Positions 1 to 15,690 of a DNA stretch of 64,000 nt are shown in pieces. The DNA lies in NCBI GenBank assembly GCA_030295235.1, contig AP026136.1:186001-250000 (forward strand), read 5' to 3'. The first letter of the stretch is position 1. The number at the start of each line of letters is the position of its first letter. The stretch comes from Fistulifera solaris (Eukaryota). The translations under genes were made by a program, and so were the position numbers. The notes beneath the pieces are model-generated. The model was not told the DNA's origin. It saw only the letters and a program-made list of their open reading frames with translations, and did not search any database.

Positions 1-2427
1 GGGTACTTTTTCTTCAGCAAGTTTGCCCGATTCTTTCTCCGGTGTTGTTTCGGGTTCGGGTTTCTCCTTTTGCATAGCGGCTTTAATTTTCTCTAACTGA
101 GCACGCTCCATACTCACGGGATCTTCGGAAAGTAACTGGGAAATGGCATCCATTTCGGCAGAAGTCAGTGAATGCTCCGCTTTGGTCTCGGATATTTCCT
201 CCGTACTTTCATTTGGAGAAGGCACTGCTTTCATTGACTCTGGCGCAGCAACGACCACTGGTTCTGCCTTGGTAGGCGTCGCTGTTGCAGACACAGGTTC
301 TTCTATGGCAGCCTTCTCTGCCTCGGCTTCCGTCGCTGCTCCCGCCTCGGTTTTAACTTTTTGTTTCTTGGCTGCCTCGCGGGCCGCTTCTTCTTCACGA
401 ATCAACTCATTCTGCTTCGACAAAACTTCTAATTTAATCTTTCGTACGTCGGGATTCGACATTTTTTCTTCGGATGTCGCCACATTCAAAATAACTTCGT
501 TCAGTACTTCCTTGTCCAGACCCGAAATGGTATCCGCCAATCCCGCTAAAGATTCACGGGGTTTCTCTTCATCTGGTTTACGCTCAAAAGCTTCTTCTTG
601 CAGGAAGAAGGTGCGACTCATGATGAGCAAGGAAATAGGGACATTCTTTTCAACACTCAACTCCAACCATTGAATCAACATGCGTTTGAACGCGTCCTTA
701 CTCAAACCCGTCGAACGCATTCCTCGTTCCCGACAAGCTTCTCGTAATTCCATTTTAGTTAATGAATCAATGCCTTCCCACAAAATGCGTTGGTCGTCCT
801 CTTTCAAAATACGAATTCGGTGTCTCAGTTGAAAACGCAAAAACGAGTCGGAACCGTAGGGAGGGATGCCCATGTATTTGCACATATTAATCAGTTGCAT
901 CCGTGGCATATTGTCCAACGTCAGGTCGTCTTGAAAGTAAGTTGCATACTTGATAATCAACTCAGGCGGGATCGTTCGCCCGCTTCGAGCGCTTTCCAAG
1001 AATTCCAGCATGGATCGTGCGGAGTCTTCCTGTTCGTGCATTCCTACCTCGTCACCAGCTTCTTGTAGTTCTTTCGTTTTCTTTTTCGCTTTGCGTCGTT
1101 GTTCTTTGGCCAACTCCTCTAGTGTTCTTTTGAGTTTGGCGGAAAGCATGAATGAGAAACATCAATGATGATTTTAAAAAGGATGACTGGCAAACACAAA
1201 TGAAAACTTACTCATGGAAGAAACTTGCCATCGCAATGCGTGACTGTAATTCTCGTTTCATGTTTTCCTCATTCTTGAGCGAATCTTGAAAGGTACTAGG
1301 GAGCATGTTCGGGAAGAGACGCAGCACAAAGGGCAAGGCGAATTCACCCAACGGAATGATAATGAACATGCTGAATGGAACCATTCGAAACAAATCCGAT
1401 ACGGTTCGTAGCAATTGCTTCCGTTCACGACGCGTCAAGGAAGAACCTTGCAATGTCTTGACTACCAAACTGCGAGATGTTTGGATGTCAGCCCACAGCA
1501 ACTATACAATCCAAATTAAGCCATGAAGTAATGGTGAGGTTGTACAGTCATCATTCAGCAAAAAACCCAAATTTCACGTACCTTGAAACCAACCCAATAG
1601 TGATGTATTTCGTCCTTGACGGCCTGTTTCATGTCGGCATATTTCTTACGCGTCTCCGTCGGATGGGTCAAATAATAGTACAGATTCCCCGGCAACTGAA
1701 AAAGAACCGCAACAACGTCGTAAACGCCGAAATGATCCCATCGACACCTTTCCGTACAATACTCCGGGGACTGGCCTTTTGAGTGATTCCAATGGATTCA
1801 TCTCCGACTCGATTCCAGACGGTGGAGTCGGGATACGTGTCGGGTCGAGTTTGTGTTTGACCACCGGACGAGGTGCCGTCCGCGCGGCTACTGAAAGCGA
1901 AGGTGGGACCGATGACGACGATGAAGAGTCGGGAGTAGGAGTCGGAGATGTTGAAAATTGCGCCAATTGTTGCAACCAAGGGGATTGATTCGGAATGTTG
2001 TAATTGCGATGGTACTGACTTCGACGTTTGCGATGACTTTCTCCGCCGTTTCGAGTAGAACTCAATACATCTAGCTGGACTAACGGATTTATTCTGAATT
2101 CCTTGGCTTCCAACACATCGGTCGATTGGATTATCGTCGCGTCTTGCATCGCTACAACTTTCGAAGAAGACCAGCCGATGTGGAGTGGCGACTGGAGTTG
2201 GCTTGGGCTGCACGGCAAAAGAGGCGAGAGCATTCGAATCTTTTCAAGTTTACTATGATCAAGAGAAGATTCCATCTTGTTTTGACTTCCACTCTCCGAC
2301 GTCTCTCGCTTTGGCAGATCCAAAAGACCGAAGTCGACGAGCGAACGATGGAATCTGTTTGTCGCCTCTTCCAATTGCTACGCGCTAATTGCCGCAAAGT
2401 ACCACTTCTTCGCCATGAATTCATCAT
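1..2427 (-). CDS. LETM1: LETM1/Mdm38-family mitochondrial inner membrane protein (3' end runs off the window)
   Basis: Spliced reading VKDEIHHYWVGFK|LLWADI...LTRRERKQLLRTVSDLFRMVPFSMFIIIPLGEFALPFVLRLFPNMLPSTF, then LDNMPRMQLINMCKYMGIPPYG. GT-AG introns at 1502-1581 and 1127-1211. Arg/Ser-rich presequence-like N-terminus. Start uncertain; frameshifts in the 5' part. Confidence 0.92.
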
Positions 2428-2931
2428 GATGAATTATATAATTGTCAGAATTATAGTGAACCAAAGAAGGCAAATGAACGAAAGCAATAAAAAGATTCCG
2501 GTTCTCTTTTTCGCTCTCGCCGCGGATGGATTTTTTTTTTTTTGCGGGCATCCAAACTCCAAACGGTCCGTTTGCGCAAAAACAAAAAAAAAAAGAAAAC
2601 CGCCAGAGGGCGCGCGACTCCGCGCTCGGGAATGAATGAGGAGTGAGTCGATCATAAGTACTTTGTACCGACCGCACCGGTACTAGTACCTTTCGTCTGC
2701 TGTCCAACCGTTGTTATTATTGGAGCCTCGTTATCGTGCGGTCATCTGAATGAATTCTGTGGTCGACTGTCTACGCGACGTCCGCCGGGAACGAAGTGCC
2801 GTCTTTCTATAACACACAAAGTACTTTATGGAATCTCTCAAGGCCCCTTTTGCCATAAACGATTTCTCCCGCCGGGCAGCAGACAACAACCGCGGCCTTG
2901 ACAACAGCACTGCAAATAACAAAGCTTTTAG

Positions 2932-4343
<1,412 letters not shown>

Positions 4344-4414
4344 TAAAAAAAAATCAAACTACGTCTATACGCTTTCGACTGTTTTAAAGCTAGAACACCA
4401 GCAAAAAGTTTCCT

Positions 4415-7400
4415 TTATTGTAAAGCCAATGTATCGGATTCTTGCTCACCCTCGACAGAGACTTCATCGCTGTAAAGGCCATCGTCCATGCTTAGAGGAT
4501 CGTTTTGATCGGAGACAGAACCCATCGGAGCCGTCAAACAGCTACCAGCGTCATCTGGATCAATATCCATATCTTCACCCGCCATAGCAATGTTACTGGA
4601 TCCCCTGCTCGAGCAATCAAGTCCGCGTTCGGCCTGAATCAGTGCAGGACTCGATGCCGTTGGTCTGGGCATCCGCAAATCGAACTCTTCACCGACGACA
4701 ACATCCTTTCGTCGATAGTACAAAACATAAGCTGCGTCGGAAATGACTTCCTTGGGATCAACATTAGTAGTGATTCGACTATCGTCGTAATAACACCACG
4801 ATCCATCATTATTGAGGCAATAAGCCGTATAATGACCTCCTCCAAGTCCGCCGTAGTGGTTACTGACTGCGTAACAATCGTAAACGGGTTTGCATCCTTC
4901 TTCCCAGCTGATCACTTGACCCGAGAGATCCAAATCTTTCAAAGGGAAATCGATGAATGTACTGATCTTATCGCGCCGGTGACTACGAGCCGAATAGTGG
5001 AAGCGTTTCAGATGAATAAGAAGAATAGGCGGCGACTTGTAAATGTGAAACTGTTTCCAGGCGCGTACGTGCTGTTTACATTGGCTGCAATACCACATCT
5101 CTGATTCGTCCAGCTGTTCCTTTTGACAAAATTTATCAATGCAATCCACCACAGAAATCGTTTTTGATCCGTTCTGTTTCATTGTACCTTCTATTGTATC
5201 CAGATCATCGACCGAATCGTACTCTTTGCGATCGAAATACCGTTCCGCAAGCTCCGACGGCCACTCGAGATTAATTACGCCGCAATCACCTACCAGCTCT
5301 GCAACACAATCTTGCTCCTTCTCGCTCTTATTGGACGCCAACGAGATTTGGTTCCACACCTCGGACAAAAGAGAATCAGAGGGCTCAATACTTCCGAGCG
5401 GATGCCCTGCGGTATGTACTCGATGACCGTAACCCTTGCGTTGGTACGTCAACGGCATCTGGCGAAGGCACAGTAGTCCAGGAGACCCAAAGCCACTCTC
5501 AACTCCTACGTCGGTGACAGGAAACGGTGGAAGCTGCACGGGAGAGCGTTCCGTATTTGCTGGTTGCTTGTCTGAGATGCGTATTGCCCTATCCATCCTT
5601 CGTGCAATTTCTTCTCGAAATTGATAGACGTTCATGTTGGAGGGGATACGCATGACGAATGAAGACCCCAGTCGTCCATCCTTACTAGAGTAGCCAGCCA
5701 CGTGTTTCTTCATCCGTATTTCGACCATTACACCATCCGGAAATTCAGATTGCTTCTCTCTTTCCGCGTCCAGAATTTCGCGACGCATTTGTTTCGCTAT
5801 AAAATCTAGAACTGCCAAATCATGTAAGGACTTCGCCTTAAAAAAGTCGATGAGTATCAGATCGTTCTTCTATGCCTCTGATAGGAGAGAAGTCGGACGT
5901 AGTTGTTTTCGATGTACTTGATTCGCGTCCCATACCACGTCCACGTTTCTGGCCTGATGTTTCATTTTCCTCGACTTCTTTCCAGCAAAGATCTATAAAT
6001 TGGTTCAATTTGTTGAGAAAATCGACCCGCTCTTTCGTCGAAAAGTACTTGATATCCAAAATGGTGGGATTGCTCGAGCGCGGATGAATGAACTTGCGAA
6101 GTTCTTCAAGCCACTGATCGTTGCCTTTTAATCGCGTCATCTCTTCGTAATCTAATTTCAAGCGTTTTTGATGACTCATTTCCTTCCGTAAACCTAGCAA
6201 AGTTTCGTCGACGGGTTCGCTTGTCTGTTCTTGGACTTCTTGCTCAATCTTTCGAATTGCCTCGAGTGGTTCAAGCTGATATATAACTGTCTCGTCCGTA
6301 TCCCGAATTGTGCTGATCTCTTTGTTTGGGTCATGCCAACTGTAAATGTCATTCTGCCACAGATCACATGCCAGAAGGTCTTCAATTTGTACATTGACGC
6401 CCGGGCCTGCCAATTCACTCTTCACAATTCGTTCCTGAACTCGTATTAGCATATCATTGATCGATGCGAGTTTATTGATAGTGATCTCGAAAGACTTTGG
6501 ACGCTGTTTTGGATCCAAAGGGACAAATATTACGCGCATGGTTCGCTCTGACGAACCCGGTATCGGAACGCTGAGAAACATGATAGGATCGAATGTCGTT
6601 GACACTCGACCGCATTCCGGTTCACTGCATTGGACACGACTTTTGACTTGTGCCATGAAAAGCTCCATAATGTAGCTATTTTCTCGCTTTAAATGAAGAT
6701 CCCAAGCCTTTCGCGCGGCCATTTCATCTGTCTCGTTTTCTCCTTGCTCTGGTTTCTCGACGTATGGCTTTTTCGTTACACGGTTCGTGTCTTCATGGAG
6801 AGCATCCAACAGATATGTCGCAAGTTCTTGGGAGTCGTGCTGGTCGTAACCCATGAATTGCTCGGCGTGCTTGCCCAAAGTATATTTGAAATTCCGAGGG
6901 TAAACAACATTTCCGGTGGAGTCAGGATCCCTGGAAAAGTGGAATTGTATCCATAATTACGCTCCATACTCGGCCTCTGCGTTGTTAGCCACATATCCGC
7001 CACCAACTTTGCGAAGTCTTGTGCTAGTTCTCCGCCGGTGCCCAAGGGGTTGTCTCGATTGAGGTCGGCCTCGTAGTCTCCAGAAAGAAAGTACTTCCGA
7101 AGAGGAGTTGTGTGCGTCAAGCATTGTATTGATGAGTTCATAAAGCAAGTATTCCCTAGCTGACCAAGTCCTGAGCCATACCGTCGTAACACAACACGAC
7201 TCTCGACAGTCTCCTCTGTTTTCGCACCGACTTCGCTGTTCCAACCCACGCGATAGGTTGGAGAAGTATCTCTTTCGGAGGAATCAGGGCCAGGTAGGAG
7301 TAAGATAGGTTGTGTAGTCGGTGATTCCTTTGAAAAATCCATATCCGCTGAAGGTTTAATATCCCAATCAGCATAATCATTTTCGTCATCTGATACATAA

Positions 7401-8144
7401 TCTACATTTTGTCCAGCTACTAGTGCTTCGTAGGCGAATCTACCCGACGCTGGGATTGGCTCTTGGTTGACCGGATGTTGGGCATTCGCTTCATTGAGTA
7501 TTACCACCAAACGTCTGCCATCGCGAGCAACTGGACGCTTGACCTCCTGATCGAAACCGAAGTGCAATTTGATGAACTTCCAAGTCGACGGCCCTACCAA
7601 AAAGAAGTCCTTCCAAAGCAGTATATCGCGTCGCAACTCGGGCTTTGTATGACGCTGTGCTTTTGAAAAACTCAATTTTCGTTGCTGTGGTTTCGAAGGA
7701 GAATCTGTGCTGTGTGTTTGAAGTTCCTGTAGTAAGGTCTGTTTGTTTTCTTCTTGGATGTGACGTTCCTCCTCTTCCTCGTCGCTAATTACATGATTAC
7801 GTACCAGCAAATCGGCCAACACTATTCGTCCGATTGCCTTTTCTTTCCAGTCGGGATCTTCCGTGCTGTGACTACCTGGACTGGGATGAACCAGATACGG
7901 CCATGCTTTTCGCATCCAATCGCCCGGAACGACGTAAAACGACAGCTCTTCCAAGTCGCTCGCTTTTTGGGATGCTTGTACTTTCATCACATGAAGCACG
8001 TCCTCATCCTACAGAAGAATGAAATGCAAGAATTAAATCACAGGGAAAATAAACACGTATGAATGACCGATTGCCTCGACTTACACTTGCGGAACTGTAT
8101 TCTTGCGCCAACGCAAGAGCGTCGGTCGATGTAACATCCATCAT
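4415..8144 (-). CDS. Ubiquitin-specific protease (peptidase C19), USP4/11/15-like
   Basis: Cys box [38 protein letters not shown]; His box [20 protein letters not shown]. 60-nt first exon (8085-8144), intron 8009-8084. Frameshifts near 6900-6940 and 5830. Confidence 0.93.
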
Positions 8145-9184
8145 CGTTTCTTTACACGCACTACGATTGCCGTCACGACTAATCTACTTAGTAAATGATT
8201 GGATCAAATGATTCTATTTTCATTCCCCGGCCCTTGGTTTCCAGGAAAACGGGAGCCTGTCATTATTTTTTTTTGCGACGATGATCGACGCAAAACGACA
8301 TCGTGACCCCCGCGTTTCCCGCTCGGCAAAAATGGATGGCCCGCCTCTCAGTGATGAAAAACATGATGCGTCGTACCGCGTCTTACTCTCCAGAAACTCT
8401 TTCAGTACCAGGTACTGGTACGTCACGGTTCCATGATTTTCAGTCGATGAAATCGTTGCGAGTTGCGAGTAGGTCTACCCTATACCTGACACCCTTCCTT
8501 CTGCTCTTTCCATGATCTAACTAATAACTACCTTCAAGAGCATCTGCAAAGCATAGGTTGATTGCTACTTTAAAGTCCATCGCTGCTTTCAGGGTTTCCT
8601 GTACTTAGAAGCGAAATGTTGACGGAATGATACCATGACTGCATTGCAGTCATGAATCCTAAAGGGTCCGAGTTACTGCTACCTAACTACCAGGTACGGT
8701 ACCGTTCCTTCTGTCATTTGAATAGTTTTATCATTTGTTGCTAGTACAAAGAAAATAAGTTCGGTTACATTAGCCATGCATTTTTCGCTTATGATGCTAA
8801 ATTTGGTGCCGGGCGATATTTTTCGTGTTTACTGTAGAACCAAATGTAGGCGACCTTTGGCCACGACTGCCCTCAGTCAAGAGGAAAAGATTACTTTTCA
8901 ATCCTTTAACTGGTACAATAGATAACAAGTAGCGTATGAACTGAAACTCAGATGTTTTCCAATTGCTACCATGAAGCCACTCGCAGAAGTAAGGCCGTTG
9001 CGAAGATGAATTCGACACATGACGAAGCGGACGATAGATTGCAAAAGGTATGACAGCGTCGCTTGTAGACCACGCAGGGGTCACGTTGACGACTGATTTC
9101 TTCTCACAGCGAATTCTGCAATACATATTTTAATGGAGTAAATTTACATGGTTACACTACTCTCGGCACTTTATTGCATCTGGC

Positions 9185-10494
9185 TTACACTTCATGGCGT
9201 TCCATGTCATCGTCTGCTATATAACTCGAAGACGTCACACTGGGCGGTTGCGCGAAACTAGAATTGTTTTGAGTGGTCGACATTGAATCGAAACGCAAGT
9301 CTTGACTATCGGTGCTGCTTCTTTGTGTTGTGCAGGTGTTCAATCTTGCCGGAGACTTGTTGTTGCTGTAGGTCGTTACCGCGTCTCCGACTTTTTTTCG
9401 TGACTGTTTGTGCGACGACCTTCGCATTCCGAAAGATTGTTTCGGCGGTTTGTGAGTTTCGAGCCTTTCCAAGCATTGACATGAGGTGCGATCCGCCTCG
9501 ACGTAGTGTTTCGGTGGTCTGATGGGTCTTGTACACGGCTCGATTGTCAAATGTAGGACAGTAGGATAAAAGTTTTCCTTGATTGTCCGTTTCGAAAACA
9601 TCTACTATAGTCATCGTGACCAGATCACCAATTTGTAGCTGATTCACAAACTCATCGTTGCTGTGTGATTGTTTCGGTCCATGGCGGTGTTCGGATAAAG
9701 GAGCGAATTCGTTCATCCAGGTCCAAACAACGCGATGCGCCGCTGTCACTCGATATCGTCCGCCGGCAATCCTCATCACCGTTAAGCCAGGTGGGTCAAT
9801 TATATTTAAATGGTCACCTCCAGGCATTAGTGCTAATACAAATATCGGAAAAATGTGAGAGAACAGAGGAGAACAGTCAAACGAGAAAAAAAGCAGAACA
9901 ATACTGGGGAGATGGAAAGCTGCCACGCGTACTCGTCAAGCAGCATACTATGCCTCACCTAGCCATCTTAAAAATAATTGCGAGATCGACGAAATGCCGG
10001 CAGCAGCTTCTAATTCGATCCCCTCGAGTCGCTCAATGCCAAATAACTGCGATGCGGTGTGTGCTTGCGGCAGCATTCACTTCGGCGTCATCGGCAAACA
10101 CCACAAACGGCAATGGCGTGGCCGTCGACGTCGCTTTTGGTTCATGAAACGCGACCGACTCGGCTTCAGTGAGTGATTCATTGTCGTATTCGGCATTCCA
10201 TTGCTCTAACGTCGTCGCCCCTCGAGCCGGATGCGTCGCTAACGCTTTTTGAAACTCCTCAGGATTGCTGAGTAAATACAGCAGTGCTAAATGCATTTCA
10301 TGAATTGTGTCTGTCGCATCCGCGTGACTTGTCGAGTGGTAGTGCCCCGTCATGGATGATGACCCGGCCATAGTGTGTATGGCCAGATAGGATTCCGAGT
10401 CTGCGACGGAAGCATGATCCATAGACTCGAACTCGCCATTGGTTGCTTCGCTGCGTTGAAAGTCATATGCTGACAGCGAACTTTGTTGGTTCAT
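9185..10494 (-). CDS. Hypothetical protein (spliced, globular)
   Basis: ORFs 10033-10494 and 9306-9926 join through a frameshift near 10075 and a GT-AG intron at 9833-9958 (…LFLRWL|ALMPGGDH…). Low-complexity tail to about 9185 after another shift. Confidence 0.65.
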
Positions 10495-11254
10495 GGTACG
10501 ATTAATAAGCTCTTGGTGTTGCTTCTATTCGATTTGTTGTTAAGCGTCTTTCGTGCGAGTATGATTCAACATTTCGTTCATAATAAAAAAAGACAGCCGT
10601 TGAGCGAGAACGGACGCTTTTGTGTGCCGTTGAGAGCAAAAGAAACCAGGTAGAGAGAGGGAGAAAAAGGGCGGAGCTGAAAGATGACGTCGAGTTCGAG
10701 ACCCGATAACCAACAACGCGGGACAGGTACCAAAGCATGATAAGGTTAGGAATTATTCTTGATATGTCATGCAATGCGTCACAAATCACAAAGTAGTCCA
10801 CAGATGAGAAATCTACTATCGTTCTTAAAAGTAGTAATGATGTTTGCTCTTCGCATTCCGCGTCCGGGAGACGAAAAAAGGTATTTGACTGTAATTAGTA
10901 CCGAACAATGCTTTCTCTAATTGCACCGTTTGGCCAATCAAAAGGTCATTGAACCACGAACGCGACAGACCACACTTTGGCCTATAAGAGATAAGAGCGG
11001 ATGAGATTGTGTTCTTTCAAGTGGGGAAGATTCCAGTTCGAATTAAGACACATTAGACGCCGTCAATCGTAATTCGCGCTCATGTACCCTTCGGCGTCGT
11101 GCATCGTTGACAGTAGCAATGGACACCCACAAAACACAAGCGGGAAGGAGAAAAAGCCACCAAGAGTGGCGACTGAATTCCTTCAAATGTGTTTCAGTGA
11201 TAAAAGAGGACTTTCGTGAGTGTTTAGTACCGCAGGCCTTGCAGTTTTTCGCCG

Positions 11255-12195
11255 ATGCCATCGCTCATAAAAACGATGCGATCATTCATTCCCTCAACCA
11301 TGACAAGCACTTCGAACAGCACTCCCAAGATTGCACGTCGTCGCTCTATGCCGAAGTCTATCACCACCGATTCTACCGAACCATCCTCTGTTTGCTCACG
11401 CATTCAAATGATGCTCACTTCGTTATCCGATCGAACGCTGATGAATTCGAATAGCACCGATCGACAATCGCTCTCTCAAACATTGAGTCGAACGTTTTCT
11501 TTACGATATTTTCATAACAAAACAGGTAAAGCGAAAGCCAATGTGAGCATCCCCAAAGAAATAAGCGTAGGAACTCGTAAAGAGTTTCGTAAAGAAGCGG
11601 TGAAGAGAGCTAACCCGTGCTCCCCGAAGAAAGCAAAAATTGTAACTCCCATCGAAATTCATGTTAATGGTCTCGACACAGCGAGCACTTTTACTCCCAA
11701 GGACGTCACTGTTGACCTCCGAAAGACTGCTACAATGAAAAAATTCTCTCCACTAGTATAGACGCCTCGCCGACCGAAATATGCATTGAGAGTCTTTGGA
11801 CGTCTCCCAAAAATGATAACAATCGCCGAAAAGAAACAAAGCAGTCGGTTGCTAGTCCCTCTCCTTCCATCAAGAAGCAGATCACGATTCCTCTCTTGAT
11901 GAGCCCTCAGAAAAGCCCTCCTCCTCGTGCTGTTTTGGCACGCAGCCTTTTGGAGAATCAACCGAACGATGCCGCATGGAAGTTGGAGAAACCTCCGATT
12001 CTTTTCTCGCGCGCGTCCCCGCCCTCCCGCACCGTCAGTCGCTATGCTTCCTCCCAGAATCTCGTCAGTGTACATGCGACACCCGCTCGACCGGAAATGT
12101 ACAAACAAACGTCGGTGTACATTCCCAAAGCGGACTTGGACAAGTTGTGCAACATGTACGACGATATTGTCGACACTCCCTTTCGAGCTCACTAG
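11255..12195 (+). CDS. Hypothetical Ser/Pro/Lys-rich protein
   Basis: ORFs 11255-11761 and 11896-12195 have similar disordered composition and probably join by frameshift; no recognisable domain. Confidence 0.45.
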
Positions 12196-12429
12196 AGGTC
12201 GACCATGCGGAGAGCGAAAAACGATTCATAATTTGAAAGTGTTCGACACTGTTCACTGAAACAATCAGTTGATGATAAAGCATTTACTAGATTGTACACT
12301 TATGCCAATATTTATTGTGTGTCTCTTGACCTGGCTCTCTAGAGTTTGTTGTCCTGAAAAAGACTATTCGGGAAGGAGCAAGATCGTTGTGTTTAAAGTA
12401 ATTAGTTCTATGGAGATTCGATACGCCTG

Positions 12430-13484
12430 TTACATCGATAGCTGACTTGAGACGACAAAAGCGTTGTCAAAATCAGCAACAAAGGATGATTTGGCAAAGG
12501 AGTCACTGAACTTCACTTCGGACGCCCATGTTGTGACGCAGGTGCTTGAGTCAAACGGATTCCAATCATCCGTACCAAAAGAGTCCTTTGCGATTTCGTT
12601 TTGATTTGGTAAAGAATGAACCGGCGCCTTCTTAGCAGCATCCTCCTGTATTGAATTTGGTGTCTGTAACGACGAGGGATCCGAAGCGTGTTCCTTTGTC
12701 TTTGCCGTTGATTGTACCGGTGAGCGATACCTCGGTGTCATAGGGACTGCTCGCCGCGGTGACTTCTCCACTTTAATAGTTGATGCTGATCGGTTCAAAT
12801 CAGTCAAGATGAAATCAATGTCGGGGCTTGGGAGTTTGTTGTTTTGTGCAGGCCTGCAATTGTTTTCAATGGTCGCAGCAAGAAGGACGGTCTTTTAACG
12901 GCTTCTTCGAGACTCGGACCACGGCTTCGTTGGCTTTTTTCGGGAGGCTCGAGAACTACTGGATCTTCCCACTGTCGTTTCCCTCAAGCGAGTATCCGGC
13001 AGATTGTCTATCAAATACTCATCTCGTTGGCTGCCCGTCGATTCGTCATGCCCAGCGCATTGCACGGCTTCGTCGAGTTCCCTTAGTTCACGAGCAATAT
13101 TGCGGGATACACGGGGGATACCAATCGTCTGTTTTGGGGCCGACATGTCGTTTCGTATAACTTTTGATCCTTTTCCGCTGGAGTCACCTTTCTCCGCGGA
13201 CTAGGAGGCTCTACCCCTCGAATCCTGTGTGATACAACCATTGATTTATTAACTAAATGTTGTTGAACCTTGAGTTTTCCAATGTATTTGTCGTCAGTTG
13301 CAGTTGCTCGTAAAGTGACACTTGAATGGGACTGCTCACATGAGAATGAGATCAGTTGGTGCAGAGTGTCCGGAAAGGGAAACCATTCAACGCATCGTGG
13401 ATCATGGGAAAGAGAACAAAAAAATTGATTTTGTGAGCCAACGGGCATTTTCCCACTCGGAAATCTGTACGGACTTTTTTTCAA
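12430..13484 (-). CDS. Hypothetical low-complexity protein
   Basis: Chain of overlapping minus ORFs (13083-13484, 12895-13146, 12430-12807), Ser/Pro-rich, ending DWNPF…DFDNAF; start uncertain. Confidence 0.4.
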
Positions 13485-13672
13485 CGCATGGAAACCAGAA
13501 ATTCATTATGTACAAAACGGAAATTTTTGCGCGAAGCGAAGCGGACGGGTTTTTGTCACTCGCGCACCTCGCGCGTCTCCGCTTCGGCATTCTTCATTCG
13601 TGACTCCATCTCGTGACTGAACCTTTGATAAAAATCCATTCATTCGTTCGAAATGTTGCGCGATGACACCGT

Positions 13673-15054
13673 TTGTTGTCAAATGTCAAACACTCATTCA
13701 TTCTTGTCCTCAGTCGTCCACCGGATGAGACCACTTTTGTAATCTTCACTCTTGTCTTAAGCTTGTTGAGCAGAATTCATACGCATGCTAATGAACACGA
13801 TGCTCAAAAATTGGCTCAATTCGAGGACTGGATCCGCACGAATGCATGGATCCATTCGAATGTCACTCTTTCGATATTTCCTCAAGGAAACGGCCTAAAA
13901 GTTACATCGACTCTACCAGAAAATACAAAAATTATGACCATCCCCATTGATTTGCAAATATCTCGAGACAGCATGATGAAATCGCTCCTCTCTCGCTGTA
14001 ACGATTCTTCCATTGATATGAATAGGTTCATAAAGGTTCTCAAAGATCTAAATGACGCAGAACTTATAGCTATCGGGATGGTAATTGAAAATTGTTTCTA
14101 CGAGAAATCGCATTTCTATCCATACCTATCAATCCTTTCTACCGAAACCCCTCAGCTCTTGTTTGCATGGAATCAGAAAGAGCTAGACTATCTTCACGAC
14201 GATCAACTCGTCGGGCTCGCCCTAGATACAGCTCGACGACTCGACTACGTATGGGTCAAACTTTCACAATCACAGTACCTTCCATCATCCTGTCTCTCGC
14301 TGGAATCATTTCAACGGCTCTATGCCATCACCTTGTCACATTCCATGTGGCTTCCCGACAGTGTGCTACGAATCGTACCCATGGCCGAACAAATCAATCA
14401 TGCTCCGTCCAATCAGACGAACTCCATTTTTCTGCTTTTCACGTTCACAATGAAAGCGATGGATCCATTTCAGTATTTTTGGATCGACTGGTAGAAGAAG
14501 GAGAGCAGATTTACGAGGAGTACGACCGATTGGATAATTCCTGGCACTTACTCCAATTTGGCTTTGTTGCCGAGGAAAATCCTTATCATTGTGTTGTTCT
14601 TCACTTGATACCTGCGGACGTCCATTGGGATGGTACTGCTTGTGTGCGTCAAGACAATACATACATCCCGGACCAGCATGTCGATCTGCTGATTGCGCGA
14701 TATACGGATAATCCTCAATGCTTGGAACGAATCCGTTCCCTTGACGCACGAGGCATTCAAGAAAGTTGCTCGACTACAGCGATTGCCCGTACCGACCAGA
14801 CTACTGTTCCTGCTTTGGACGAAATGTTGATAAGAAATGCGGCGCGACGAGATTCTCGGAGTGATCCTTCTTTAATGGAAAGCTTGAAACAGCAACTGGA
14901 ACATATCGAGAAGGGTTGGTCCGTGGTCGAGGCAGATGTCAACCCCAAACGACTGGCTCTAGCGATACGATTTCGACTTGAAGACGCCAAACTGGTTCTG
15001 AAATTGGCAAAGAGAGATATCGGCGACGAACGAATAACAACGGACGAGCTTTAA
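13673..15054 (+). CDS. SET-domain (Rubisco LSMT/SETD3-like) methyltransferase with hydrophobic N-terminus
   Basis: FEDWI…GNGL, IMTIP, SHFYPYLSIL, IVPMAEQINH, GEQIYEEY, LLQFGFV; frameshift near 14425; start uncertain. Confidence 0.75.
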
Positions 15055-15163
15055 CTCATATGATATATACATGACTCTACGATCAACACACCATTTATTC
15101 AAGTATTTTATTTAGTTTGCGAGCGAGACGCTTTTCCGCTCGAAGAAGACGCCCCAAGAAGTA

Positions 15164-15690
15164 TTAATCATCTTCATCATCCTCGTCAATCAGTGAATCA
15201 TCATGCTCAGCACGAAACTTTCGAACTAGCTCCATTTCATTGTAGTGTCGTTTCCTATGTTCCTTAAATTCCATCGCCTTCATTTCCTTTTTTTCGTTCC
15301 TCCTCCACATCCGAGTGATCGGATGTGTGCGATGGACTACTCGGAAAAGCCTCTCGCACCGCCGCCACACTATCTAATCGCGTCTGCAAGGTATCCCAAC
15401 TAATGCTCTCTTTTTTGCGTCGCGGGTGACTTGGGGCGACGCGAGTCGTCGCTTTCGGCACCCGAATCGTAATGCATGTACGGAGTATTTGGTTCTTCAA
15501 TTTTCATTCGCGTACCGCGCAGGAGATCGTGCTCTTCGATAGCTGCTTCATCCCATTTTAAATGCCGGTCTTTGTTGTTGTGTGTCGTTTTCTTTTTCCG
15601 CAAGGCGGGCTTGGCCCGGCGATGTTGGCCTTCACCGATCTCTCGGGCACTCGGTTTGCGATCGTCCTCTGATGATTCCGAGTCGCTCAT
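15164..15690 (-). CDS. Protein phosphatase 1 inhibitor 2 (IPP-2) family
   Basis: LKWDEAAIEEHD…MKIEEPNTPY…FKEHRKRHYNE; split by frameshifts. Confidence 0.9.
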
